Virus record (IMG/VR): IMGVR_UViG_3300028800_000069
Location: 1-64,000 of that record
DNA: 64,000 nt
Direction: 5' to 3' (one strand)
Origin: a virus
Part shown: in pieces, positions 37,855 through 47,840 of the stretch
Numbering within the stretch: the first letter of the stretch is position 1
How the letters are laid out: every line of letters begins with the position of its first letter
Translations under genes and position numbers: made by a program
Notes under the pieces: model-generated
Told to the model about the DNA's origin: nothing
The model's database searches: none
What the model saw: only the letters and a program-made list of their open reading frames with translations

Positions 37855-38352
37855 CATGGCAAAACCAGCAGGCGTTACCTCGAAGCTGAAGAAAAACGAC
37901 AACAAGCACCCACGCGTGCGTGAAGAGTGGATGAAAGCAAAGAAGCTTGGAAGACCAAAGCAAGTCTTTGCTGACACCCGCGTGTCTCCTGAAGAGTTCT
38001 TCCTGATGAGTGATGCAGAAATCCTAGCATTGCCCAAGCCATGGTGGGAGAAGGTGTCGCAATGAGTAAAGGCTGCGGCAAACTCGACAACAACGGCAGG
38101 GCGGTTAGTGGTTCCGCTTTGCCGTGCGGAACGCGTTTAACGTATGGTGTGGGCAAAGAGCCGCGCCGGACAGACGTGCACTTATGCAAAGAGTGCTCAA
38201 AGGAGGAGCCATGTACGAATACAAACTCGCAATAGATGATGAGGACTACTTCCCTACTCCTGAAGATGAGCCTGAAGATGAGTGGTGGGAGGAAGAGGAA
38301 GACACCTATGACTTCCCCGAGAACTGGGAGATGGACGAGTGAGAGGCTTAAT

Positions 38353-38751
38353 ATGGCGAAGTGTAATACAGTAGACAGGGGGTTCTCCGTGGCGTTTGCT
38401 ACGGCACAGCTAAGCGATGCGCCACGCGCAGGTTTGAAGATGGGAGCCGCGTTGTATAGTGGTTCCCGTCTTCTGTCTGTAGGAGCAAACCTGTACGGTC
38501 GCAGCCATCCGGCATCAGAGCAGTCGAATGCATTCTGGCGCAGTACGCATTGCGAACACGTAGCGCTGTTGAAACGGCAGCACTACGACAACCCTAGCGG
38601 ACTTACGCTGTACGTAGCACGTAGGCGCAAGGATGGCAGCATAGGCAGTTCAAGGCCCTGCAAGAATTGTGTAGACCTGTGCAGGCTGGCAGGAGTATCA
38701 CGCGTGTGGTTTTATGATTCGTATGGCAACCGAGAGGAGATTGCACTGTGA
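38353..38751 (+). CDS. Cytidine/dCMP deaminase-fold protein
   Basis: Zinc motifs HCE and SRPCKNC...AGVSRVWF. Confidence 0.8.
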   Translation: MAKCNTVDRGFSVAFATAQLSDAPRAGLKMGAALYSGSRLLSVGANLYGRSHPASEQSNAFWRSTHCEHVALLKRQHYDNPSGLTLYVARRRKDGSIGSSRPCKNCVDLCRLAGVSRVWFYDSYGNREEIAL

Positions 38752-39071
38752 CCAAAGCAGAAGTATATGAAGCATGCCTGCACGCAACATTGTCCTTCAA
38801 AGGACTGCCGGAAGAGGAGATTAACTCTGGTCAATGCTTTGATTGGGCAACGATTGTGTTCGATCTAATCGAAGGCTCCAAGATTGCAGGCCACAACGTG
38901 AATGGCTGTGGGCATTGCTGGGTAGAGTACAAGGGACTGTGCTTCGACGCAGAGGTTCCACGAGGGGTCAAGGACTGGAAGACTCTGCCGTTCTGGAAGC
39001 GCATACGCAAAGAAGCTGGTGAAGAGGAATGGCAGGTTGCTGTGAAGCGCACTGCGTACTGTTGCAAGTAG
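38748..39071 (+). CDS. Hypothetical phage protein
   Basis: INSGQCFDWA...HCWV...FDAE has a Cys-His-Asp arrangement reminiscent of transglutaminase-like folds. Confidence 0.45.
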   Translation: MTKAEVYEACLHATLSFKGLPEEEINSGQCFDWATIVFDLIEGSKIAGHNVNGCGHCWVEYKGLCFDAEVPRGVKDWKTLPFWKRIRKEAGEEEWQVAVKRTAYCCK

Positions 39072-39090
39072 GGCAAATTTGTGATACAAT
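39062..39090 (+). promoter_or_regulatory. Sigma70-like promoter for the HNH-AP2 gene
   Basis: TTGCAA-17 nt-TACAAT. Confidence 0.55.
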
Positions 39091-39114
39091 ACTTAGGGTT
39101 GAAAGAGTCTTCAA

Positions 39115-39597
39115 ATGAGAGAACTGCCGCTAACCAAAGGCTACACAGCAATCTTAGATGACCGAGACTTTGCTGTTGTTTCCCAATACAAATGGCAAGC
39201 CCATGTTGCACCGAATACTGTGTATGCCTATCGCAGCATTTATGACGCAGGAAAACGAAAAAAGATGTATTTGCATCGCTTCTTGTTGGGCATAGAAGAC
39301 CCAAAGGTAGAAGTAGATCATAAAGATCGCAATGGTCTGAACTGCCGCCGTTACAATCTTAGGCCGAGCACCAAGGCTGACAACACCCACAATACCCGAG
39401 CACACAAAGATAGTTCTTCAGGTTTCAAAGGAGTATCGCGTAATCATGGCAAATGGATTGTCCAGATACGAGGTAAATGCATAGGCAGGTTTACTAATGC
39501 CTATGATGCAGCGCGTGCCTATGATGTGGCAGCACTGAAGTTCTTTGGGGAGTTTGCCAAAACCAACGTAATGCTTGGACTTCTGGAGGTACAATGA
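39115..39597 (+). CDS. HNH-AP2 homing endonuclease
   Basis: LHRFLL...VDHKDRNGLNCRRYNLR plus AP2-like SGFKGVS...AARAYDVAALKFFGEFA. Confidence 0.9.
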   Translation: MRELPLTKGYTAILDDRDFAVVSQYKWQAHVAPNTVYAYRSIYDAGKRKKMYLHRFLLGIEDPKVEVDHKDRNGLNCRRYNLRPSTKADNTHNTRAHKDSSSGFKGVSRNHGKWIVQIRGKCIGRFTNAYDAARAYDVAALKFFGEFAKTNVMLGLLEVQ

Positions 39598-39833
39598 AAG
39601 TAGTGAACGTACAAGCGACATTCCCACAATTGAAAGGCGGCAACTCTGGTCAAAAAGGGCGCGGAGAAGGATGCAACGTCACTTCCGCCACAAGAGCCGC
39701 TATTGCAGACCTGTTCAAACATATTAAAGTCCGCAAGACATTCACCGAATTCACCGCCAAGTTTCAGGTGCGAGATTTAGAAGAAGAGCAGGCAGCAGAG
39801 CCACAATCCAAGGACGGAATCGGAGGATACTAA

Positions 39834-41165
39834 GTGATTCTAAAGTTGAAAGACATTCTGCCCAATCCTTTTCGTGATCTGAAGGCCAACCCGCTGATCG
39901 AAGCGAAGGTCGTCAGTTTGGTGGACTCAATCAATCTCACAGGGTTCTGGGACAACGTGGTCGTACGGAAGAACGCGGAGGGGAAGTATGAGTGTGCCTA
40001 CGGGCACCACCGCATAGCCGCTGCGCTCCGCGCTGGTCTCGTTGAAGCTGACTTCATCGTAAAGAAATTAGACGATGCAGCAATGATTCAGATCATGGAT
40101 AACGAGAACCGAGAAACTTACGGCTCTACGCCTGCATCACTCATCGAGTCAGTAAAAGCGATTGTAAAGGCACTGGCCGCTGGGAATATACCTGCATTTG
40201 TAGTTGATCCAAAGACTCGCAAAGACCTAACTTACTACGCTCCGTCTTTTGTTCCGGGGACATCATCCCCACCGAGTGGGGATCATCCCTATACAGCTTT
40301 ATGTATCTCTGTGTTCTTAGGTAGAGCGCGAAAAGGTGGGAAAGAAGCACACAAAGGTGTAGTGGCTGCTTTGGATGCCTTGTACTTAAAAGAACGCGGT
40401 CGATTCAACGATTCGTTGTTGGTCACCAAAGATAAGACAGGTACAAAGGTTCCTATCACCACCAATGAATTGCTAAGAATCACAAGTGACATAAAGCGCG
40501 ACGTTGAACACACAGACAAACGCGCAGTAGAGTCTAAGCAAACGGCAGCGGAGTTCGACAAACAGCAACGCGCTATTCAAGCACAGCTAAAAGCAGTAGA
40601 GGCTGAGGCTGAGGCAGCACGTAAGAAGCTGGTGTCAGACCTTGCCAAGGCAAAAGTTGAGGAGAACAAACCAAAGGTTGAAGCTATCAAAGAGCGGATA
40701 AAGGAGAAGGAAGACCGCGCTGTTGAAAAGAAGCTAGACCTAGAAGTACGCGCTGCGGAACTCGACAAGAAAGTTGAGCAACGCAAAGCACAAGAGGCCG
40801 AGCAGAAAAAAGAAGACGCGTACCTTGCTATCAAAAGAGAGGCAGAGCGTATCCTTCACAAGCTAGAAGGAGACACAGCCACTACAAAAGAAGCACTGGT
40901 AGCAGAGATCAAATCTCTGAGCCGTCTAGCACTGAACAACACCGACCGTGAGCGTTTGCGGCAGGCTGCGCTAACGTACGGCACATGGTACTGTGAATGG
41001 GCTGCACAGCAGTTCCTGCCTCCTTTCGCACCCACCAAGCGCCTAGACGAGTATCGCAGCAGAGAAGCAGCAACCCGTCGAGCAGCAGAAGCGAAGGCCG
41101 AAAGGGAACGAGAGAAAGCCGAGCGTAAAGCCGCAAAGGAGAAGAATGCTAAATCTAAGAAGTGA
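39834..41165 (+). CDS. ParB/Srx N-terminal domain protein with a long coiled coil
   Basis: ILPNPFR...SINLTG...YECAYGHHRIAAA...MDNENR. Confidence 0.8.
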   Translation: MILKLKDILPNPFRDLKANPLIEAKVVSLVDSINLTGFWDNVVVRKNAEGKYECAYGHHRIAAALRAGLVEADFIVKKLDDAAMIQIMDNENRETYGSTPASLIESVKAIVKALAAGNIPAFVVDPKTRKDLTYYAPSFVPGTSSPPSGDHPYTALCISVFLGRARKGGKEAHKGVVAALDALYLKERGRFNDSLLVTKDKTGTKVPITTNELLRITSDIKRDVEHTDKRAVESKQTAAEFDKQQRAIQAQLKAVEAEAEAARKKLVSDLAKAKVEENKPKVEAIKERIKEKEDRAVEKKLDLEVRAAELDKKVEQRKAQEAEQKKEDAYLAIKREAERILHKLEGDTATTKEALVAEIKSLSRLALNNTDRERLRQAALTYGTWYCEWAAQQFLPPFAPTKRLDEYRSREAATRRAAEAKAEREREKAERKAAKEKNAKSKK

Positions 41166-41981
41166 AAGCATCAGCAACGAACGCGTAAATGAGGATGTGG
41201 TCGGTAGCTTCTGTGGCCAGCGTATAGTCACGATTGACGCATTAGGTGCTGACGCAGACGAGGTGGCAGACCTGCACCTCAGGCTTATGGCAAGCTCTGG
41301 TACTAGTTTCCCGGCAGAGGTTTTACCGGGAGAAGAGGTGTGCGCAGACGGAATCATCAGACGCACTACGACAGCAGAGGCTGTAGGCTACGACACTTAC
41401 CACAACCAAGAACAAATAGAGACCGGACAGAAGCGCGTATCCATAGCAGACGCACGGAAAGCCGCAAAGGATGGAGCAGTGGTTTACTTCCGACCAAACC
41501 GTGCCACGCTTGAAGTATATACTGTGGGAACAGAACTGCCTTGCTTGACTACTGAACCGGAGCCGTACGCTTTGATTAAAGAAGGTGATTGATGCTCAGC
41601 CTAAAGGAGGAGCAGTCCGCTATGCGAGAGCGATGGGCTGATCCTGCCTATCGCTGGGAGCATGACTCAGAACTAAGAAAACGTTTTGTAAAGGAGTTCC
41701 GTGACAGACACGAACCGCAGGTACCTAGCAGCATGCAGAGCACAGGCCGCGAAGCTGAAGAAGGAACACGAGAAAAAGGAGAAGGATAAATGCCTAGGCA
41801 AAAGCGCTACCTGATCGAACGTAACTGTGGTGGAGAATGGTTTCCATCTTTTAATTTTGACCACAGAAAAAGTGGGCCAACTTTTAAAACCCGTGCAGCT
41901 GCACAGCGCGGGTTAAAGAAGTACTGCAGCAAAGGGATAAAGTATCGTATCGTGCCTTATGCTAAAGGAGAATCAAAGTAA

Positions 41982-43520
41982 GTGAGTTTTGCTGATCTGA
42001 TTGCGAAGAAGTCCGGCGCGGGGTCCGATGAAGAGTCGTACCCCGAAGCCGAGCTACCCCAACGCTCTGGAGGGCTAGAAGCATTCATCCAGAAGTTTGG
42101 GCATGTGTCGGAAGAGTACAAGTTCTACAACGATGAAGTCACGCTGCGTTTTAACAAAGACGAATGGCGCTGGTATCGCGTAGCAGAACTGGGTAACCTA
42201 ATACCTCTGAACGGTGTGACCAATACTGTAGGCATCATCGACAAGTCTCACATGCTAACACCATGGGCAGCGAAGATGATGGCGCAGAAGTTGCTGCGCA
42301 TTATGCCTACGGAAATGGTAGAGGGCATCATACGTATTAAGGCCCTGACATTCGAAGAGTTCACCACCATTGTTCTAGAAGCCAAGGGAGCACACAAAGA
42401 AAAGCTAGATGAAGCTGGGGACATAGGTCACATGGCGCATGCGTGCCTTGAAGACTCTATCAACCACGCTATGCAGAACGATCCAGAAAGGATTGTACGC
42501 TCCTTAATAAACATACCTGCCGATGTGCAAGCAGCCAACGCGGCTGGCAGTGGCTTCAACTGGATGCAGAAGCACAACGTGCGCTGGTTAGAGACGGAAT
42601 CTAAAATCTATTCCCGTGAGCACGGTTATGCTGGTACAATGGATGGATTAGCAATTTGTGATTCTTGCAACGACAAGGCGTGCTGCCCTGAGGTATTCAA
42701 AGATCGACTCAGCCTCATCGATTGGAAATCGTCGAACTACTTGAAAATCGAGTACCTGTTTCAGACAGCCAGCTACAAACACGCTAAGATGGAAGAGCAC
42801 CCTGAGTTGAATATTCTCGACACATGGATTCTCCGTCTTGGGAAGAGTGATGAGGAAGCTGGTAAGTTTGAGCCATGGCACATGACTCCTAAAGACTACG
42901 AGGAAGACTTCCAAGGGTTCTTGGCATGTCTATCACTCACTCGCTTGGTGGACAGCGTAGAAGAGCGCATGAAGTCTCAGAAGAGCACTATACGCGCTGT
43001 GAAGAAAGAGCAGAAGGCAACGGCTAAGGCAATCGCCAAGGAACAAGAGAAGCTACAGAAGGCGATTGACAAAGCGGCTGCAAAGGTAGCAAAGGAAGCA
43101 GAGAAGCAACGTATCAAAGCAGAGGCCAAAGCAGAGCGCGAGCGGCTGAAAGCTGAGAAGAAACTTGGCAAAATAATGCCAGTGACCACAGCGGTTGCAA
43201 AGATGTTGGACGTGGCTGTTGACACTGCTGATTTGCCCGAAGGAATATTACCACGCGTTGATGACGTGGTGTTTATAGGAGGAGCAACATGTACGTCTAC
43301 ATTAAATCCGAAACCGGACTCTATACCGTTGGTTTCTACACTCCCGCCTCCAGTTGGGGAGACCCAGCCTTCATCTCTGAGTCCGACCACACCAGTGCAA
43401 AGGACGCAGCAGACAGAGTCCACTACCTTAACGGCGGAGATTAACACGCAACACGGACCCGGATTTTACATCGAGTCAGAAGAGCCATCAGCATTACCGT
43501 TTGCTTTACCCATGGAATAG
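41982..43520 (+). CDS. PD-(D/E)XK exonuclease with coiled-coil and Pro/Thr-rich tail
   Basis: GVTNTVG...PWAA...GHMAH...YAGTMD...IDWKSS...QTASY. Confidence 0.8.
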   Translation: MSFADLIAKKSGAGSDEESYPEAELPQRSGGLEAFIQKFGHVSEEYKFYNDEVTLRFNKDEWRWYRVAELGNLIPLNGVTNTVGIIDKSHMLTPWAAKMMAQKLLRIMPTEMVEGIIRIKALTFEEFTTIVLEAKGAHKEKLDEAGDIGHMAHACLEDSINHAMQNDPERIVRSLINIPADVQAANAAGSGFNWMQKHNVRWLETESKIYSREHGYAGTMDGLAICDSCNDKACCPEVFKDRLSLIDWKSSNYLKIEYLFQTASYKHAKMEEHPELNILDTWILRLGKSDEEAGKFEPWHMTPKDYEEDFQGFLACLSLTRLVDSVEERMKSQKSTIRAVKKEQKATAKAIAKEQEKLQKAIDKAAAKVAKEAEKQRIKAEAKAERERLKAEKKLGKIMPVTTAVAKMLDVAVDTADLPEGILPRVDDVVFIGGATCTSTLNPKPDSIPLVSTLPPPVGETQPSSLSPTTPVQRTQQTESTTLTAEINTQHGPGFYIESEEPSALPFALPME

Positions 43521-43534
43521 GAGAACTAATAACA

Positions 43535-44494
43535 ATGCCTGAAGAAACAAATCAACCACAGCAGTTGACCGTGCTTAACCGCGCTCCACAAGAACTGGTC
43601 GTGGCACAGCGTGTCAATGCGTTAGCGAAGTTGTTCCAGTTAAAGCCGAAGACATTGGAGCTAGTCTCTAAGTCCACACGCCAAGAAGGTGCTGAGCCGG
43701 GAACGTTCCGCGTTACCTCTACGAATGAAAAGTTCAAAGAGCTACGCGCTGTGATCCTGTTCGAACCTTTGGAACAGCGCGAGAAGTATCGCAAGGGAGA
43801 GTACACGAAGGATTCTAAGGAATGCTTCTCTCTCGATAATGTACAGCCTCACCCTAAGGCACGTACTCCATTTGCACTGTACTGTGCAAACTGCCCCATG
43901 GGAGACAACGTGAACTGGCCGAAGTATCGTGAAGCAAAGGCAAAGGGGATTAGTGGAGAAGCACTCTCCGCGTATCTGCCTCCTTGCCGTAAGTTCTGGC
44001 ACTTGTTCATCGCGTCACGTGAGACGCAGCGTCCGTACTACTTCAATGTTAAGGGCGGAAGTGTGAAGCCCTTTGAAGATGCTATGCAAAACGTAGCGGA
44101 CCTGTTCCAAATGATTATCCAAAACATGAAAGCAGAGAACAAGACGCATGCCGCAAAGGGCGAGCCGCAAGTTCCTCTTCCAACAAGCATTGGAGACATC
44201 ATCTGGCACATCAGCTTCACGATGTACGCGTGGCAGCAGAACGGTGGTCAGTTTAAGCTGGGCATGAAAGACTTTAAGGTGATGTCTGAAGAAGACCGCA
44301 AGGACTTCGGTAAGATCATCGAAGATGTCAAGGCACGCCGCGAAGCTGGCCAACTGCAAACTCAAGAGGCGAGCGAGGCAGAAGAAGAAGCTGCCGTAGT
44401 AAGTGAACCAGCAGCCGGAAGCATTCCGGTCGCACAAGTCACCTCGGTCACGACCAACGAAGTTGCCGAGAAAAACAAGCAGATTCAAATCTAA
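43535..44494 (+). CDS. Probable ssDNA-binding/annealing protein
   Basis: Follows the exonuclease; contains C..C...PPC and an acidic C-terminal region. Function inferred from synteny. Confidence 0.45.
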   Translation: MPEETNQPQQLTVLNRAPQELVVAQRVNALAKLFQLKPKTLELVSKSTRQEGAEPGTFRVTSTNEKFKELRAVILFEPLEQREKYRKGEYTKDSKECFSLDNVQPHPKARTPFALYCANCPMGDNVNWPKYREAKAKGISGEALSAYLPPCRKFWHLFIASRETQRPYYFNVKGGSVKPFEDAMQNVADLFQMIIQNMKAENKTHAAKGEPQVPLPTSIGDIIWHISFTMYAWQQNGGQFKLGMKDFKVMSEEDRKDFGKIIEDVKARREAGQLQTQEASEAEEEAAVVSEPAAGSIPVAQVTSVTTNEVAEKNKQIQI

Positions 44495-44695
44495 GTTGTC
44501 GGACTAAAGTCCGGCTGGTGGAGGAACGCATGGCATTAGCTGTGCGCTCCCCGGAGATCGACTCAGGGTCTCCGAAGTAACAGAGCCTAAAGATGCCTGT
44601 ACATAGATATGTAACGCACACAGGGCGCGGTGGAACACTCTGTTACTTTGAAGGCCCTGAGCCTTGAACCAAAACAAATTACAAAGGAGAACACA

Positions 44696-44893
44696 ATGCA
44701 ATCACGCACACCTGAAGGCAAGCACACCAAGCGGTTCATCATCTTAGTCGCGGGATCGGACAAGCAATACGTTCGCTCTGGAAACGATGGGCTTAGAGGG
44801 TTTTTTGCCACGAAGGAAGAGGCTCAGGCCGCTCTGGAACCATCCAAGGGTTTGACCAGCACAGGTTTGACCTACAAAGTTCGACAGAAGTAA
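44696..44893 (+). CDS. Small hypothetical protein
   Basis: AAGGAG before MQSRT; F.T...AQ..L...Y.(V/I) motif shared with 41790-41981. Confidence 0.5.
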   Translation: MQSRTPEGKHTKRFIILVAGSDKQYVRSGNDGLRGFFATKEEAQAALEPSKGLTSTGLTYKVRQK

Positions 44894-44904
44894 GTCACCA
44901 AGTT

Positions 44905-45330
44905 ACACACGTCAAAGAATGATTGCAGCATTGCAACACCTCGGTTCGAATCCGAGCAGGTCCACCAAGGGACATACATGCTGTGTACAGGCATGACACT
45001 CAAGAGCGGCGGCTGGTTAACTCAGACCGTGCAGCGTATCAGCGAAGAACTGGACCGCAGAGTGTAAGCTGGGGAACGGCATCCCTACTGTATGTATGCC
45101 CCTCGGTGGGCCTGATACTGGTTATCGACTGCGATGGACTGAGATCATTTTCGTGTCGGATTCTGCCTCGCCACGTTACGGAGAGTCAAAACCAAAAATG
45201 CTAACGATAACATCGTTTCTGCACCCATGAAGGCTATGGGCGCTGCTGCTGGTCGCTAAAGCAGTAGTGCAGTCTCACCACGCGGACCCCGGCTCAGTCC
45301 GGGGCCACCCGCAGTGGGAAAGTGTGGGGA
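44905..45330 (+). ncRNA. ssrA: Circularly permuted (two-piece) tmRNA; outer ends approximate
   Basis: Acceptor piece comes first (T arm CTCGG-TTCGAAT-CCGAG, CAGGTCC-ACCA ending 44967). Coding piece starts GGGCCTG at 45108 and gives a G3-U70 pair; TCGAC follows; P2 pairings join the pieces; tag ANDNIVSAPMKAMGAAAGR* at 45200-45259. Confidence 0.9.
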
Positions 45331-45366
45331 GCAATACCAACGTCTGGAGAATTAGAGGAACATTAA

Positions 45367-46431
45367 ATGGGTAAATTTATCACCAAGTTTGTGGGTACAC
45401 TGTTTTTACTTGTAGCTAGTTGTTTTGGGCAAACGCAGGCTCCGCTGCTGGTAAACGGAGCAACGAATCCAACCGCCATACCGGATAACGCAGCATACAG
45501 TTTAGTTTTCAGAATGCTGGCTGCTCCGCTACAGACTCCTACTAGCACAAGAATAGGTTTAGTAGGATTGACTACTCCTGCTGATGTAACTGCGCTCACA
45601 AATAGCATGGGTTCATTTGCGACACAAGCGTTTAGTCAGCAGCCACCGGATCAACTAGCGCTAGGTCAACAGTACCTATCACAGCTTCAGGTGTCCATGA
45701 CCGCCACAGGTATTGGACAGTTGCAAACTTTTGTGCAGGCACAAAAATCACGCGCAGCAGAATGGGGAATGTTCTCTAAGGGCTGCACAGGTGGAGTGTA
45801 TACTCTTTACACCTACACCTATGCATTTTCTGACGACTACGGAGATTCTAATTCTGATTGGGATTTCTATGGTGACGGAATAGGCGTAGGTACGTGCAAC
45901 TGTAGCGTAACTGCCACTGGCTCATCTTTAACCATCGACTCCAACGTCACACATGGTGTTGTAAGAGGAAGTACAACCTATGTTGAAAAAATCATGGCCA
46001 ATGGAGGCACCTCGCTGTTTGCTGGCACAGGTGCAATAACAACAGAGTATTTCAGCTACTATTTCTACACGGGTTGCGTAGGGTCAGTTGTAGTTACGTG
46101 GTCGATACAAAATGAGTTTGCGTACACTAAGTTTGCCAACGTTGGTCTTAGGCTTGGCGGTGGATGCCAAGTAGTACTTGGTTCTCCTGTCTGTACCTAT
46201 TCTGTGACACCTATCTGTACAAACACTAACAGTCCTGACTGGAGATACCCCGGAGGGCCTATACCTGATGCATGGATACGTGACTATGATTTTCTTGCTT
46301 GGAGATCAGTAGGTGTGTGCACAAGAGTTGTTTTTGGAAGTACACACAGCACTTGGCTATGCATTAACTCAGTAGTTGGTACGATAGGCACCGGAGATTT
46401 GACACCGGGCATTTGTACGTACAACCCGTAA
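45367..46431 (+). CDS. Secreted Cys/Thr/Gly-rich protein (accessory cargo)
   Basis: Signal peptide MGKFITKFVGTLFLLVASCFG-Q; several Cys in the C-terminal half; more T-rich than its neighbours. Confidence 0.65.
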   Translation: MGKFITKFVGTLFLLVASCFGQTQAPLLVNGATNPTAIPDNAAYSLVFRMLAAPLQTPTSTRIGLVGLTTPADVTALTNSMGSFATQAFSQQPPDQLALGQQYLSQLQVSMTATGIGQLQTFVQAQKSRAAEWGMFSKGCTGGVYTLYTYTYAFSDDYGDSNSDWDFYGDGIGVGTCNCSVTATGSSLTIDSNVTHGVVRGSTTYVEKIMANGGTSLFAGTGAITTEYFSYYFYTGCVGSVVVTWSIQNEFAYTKFANVGLRLGGGCQVVLGSPVCTYSVTPICTNTNSPDWRYPGGPIPDAWIRDYDFLAWRSVGVCTRVVFGSTHSTWLCINSVVGTIGTGDLTPGICTYNP

Positions 46432-46709
46432 ACGAGAGTGGGAGGGACAGAACATCGTCCCTTCCTATTATGCAAGGAGAGACAGTGCCATATTTCAAAG
46501 GAGAACATCATGAATAGACTTACCGCATTAAGCAAGCTGGCAAATGCATACCATGATCAGTTAGCGCAACACGGATGCATGAGCGAAGCTGTAGCAATAC
46601 TTGAAGAGAAATTTGGTTACATCCGTCGTAGCCTTACACTGCAAGACCTGAAGCCACAACCAAAGAACGCAGAGGGGCTGAACCCTGTCGGACCAAAGTT
46701 TTTCTAAGC

Positions 46710-47754
46710 AGACACGCGGTTAACGAGACCACCAGTCACAAAAAGGGGGAATATGAAAGCACTTGAGGCGAACAGAGAAGCAATCCGAAAGCGGTGTCTC
46801 GCTGTGGCTACTAAGTTCCCTGGCCTGTCCACGGCTGGTTTCTTCGCGGAGGTGTGGTGGGCGTTCTACCCGAGAGTGGATGAGGTAGACATCAAAGCCG
46901 AAGCCCTGCGAATGGTGCGTTACGGGGAACTGGTGTATACGGTCGATTACACGGTTGAACTACCGAAACAGTGACACGCGGTTCACGGCACCATACGGCG
47001 AGATTGGCCGTAGCGATACAGAACAAACGTTGACACGCGGTTAACGAGACCACCAGTCAAGGAGAATTGTCGGGTACGAGATCAACACTGGTCAAAGGAG
47101 GTATATGCGAGAACTTATATGGCAGTTGCGTCTGTGGTGGAACGACATTTGCCCTAAGCATGGCCCGTTCTTCTCTTACTACTGCTCCCGATGCGACGCA
47201 GAAGAACATACGCAAAAGAAATTCGAACGTGTGCAAAGACGAAAACGCAGAACCGAGATGTTCGACAGCTACAACACCAGTCAAAAGGAGAATCTGGGGA
47301 GAAGACAATGAGCAGCACGCCAACACTAGATAAATTTAACCTTCACCCCCTTGGTGGGCGTTGCACTTGCATCACCCACCCCTACAGTAAGTGCAGCACA
47401 TGTGAGGCGATTAAAAATCTGCAAGCAAGGTGGGCGCGGCTATCGCCTGAAAATAGACAAAGGGCAATGGCCGAGCATGACGCAATGTACGCAACATCGA
47501 ATCAGGACGGACGCTGACCAGCGGTTCACGACACCACTGGTCAAAGGAGAAATTTTAATGTGTGATTGCGACGTGTACATTGACATTCTGAAGGATTGTC
47601 GAGATGCACTCAAGCTACTGCGAGAATGCTTCGGCGACGATGGTAACCTCTCGGAACAATATCAGGACCAACTGTCCTTCGCTCTTGAAAAAGCAGACGC
47701 AGCTATCGCAACGGAAGACAAAGCCTGACTAGCGGTCTGCTCAACCACCAGATA
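46710..47754 (+). repeat. Array of 29-bp imperfect palindromes TGAC-NN-GCGGT-N7-ACCAC-NN-GTCA separating small ORFs
   Basis: Copies at 46710, 46972, 47031, 47515 and 47726; right-arm-only copies end at 47094 and 47283. Confidence 0.85.
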
Positions 47755-47840
47755 AGAGGGGCATAAATGAAACAACGCTACAAACAAGTGAAGATGCTGC
47801 ACGTGAGCCTAGGGAGCCATGTGCGGCACCTAATGGACAT

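Noticed and set aside
41982-43520. Cas4/CRISPR adaptation gene
   Set aside because: It is a generic phage PD-(D/E)XK exonuclease next to a probable annealing protein, with no CRISPR context.
44940-44967. Stand-alone tRNA or attP-like tRNA 3' fragment
   Set aside because: Its acceptor partner, TCGAC motif and tag frame lie downstream, so it is the acceptor piece of a permuted tmRNA.
44923-45204. 93-aa ORF over the tmRNA
   Set aside because: No RBS, and the region is fully explained by the RNA structure.
46710-47754. CRISPR array
   Set aside because: Repeat spacing is irregular (about 35 to 260 bp), spacers hold RBS-led ORFs, repeat cores vary, and there are no cas genes.
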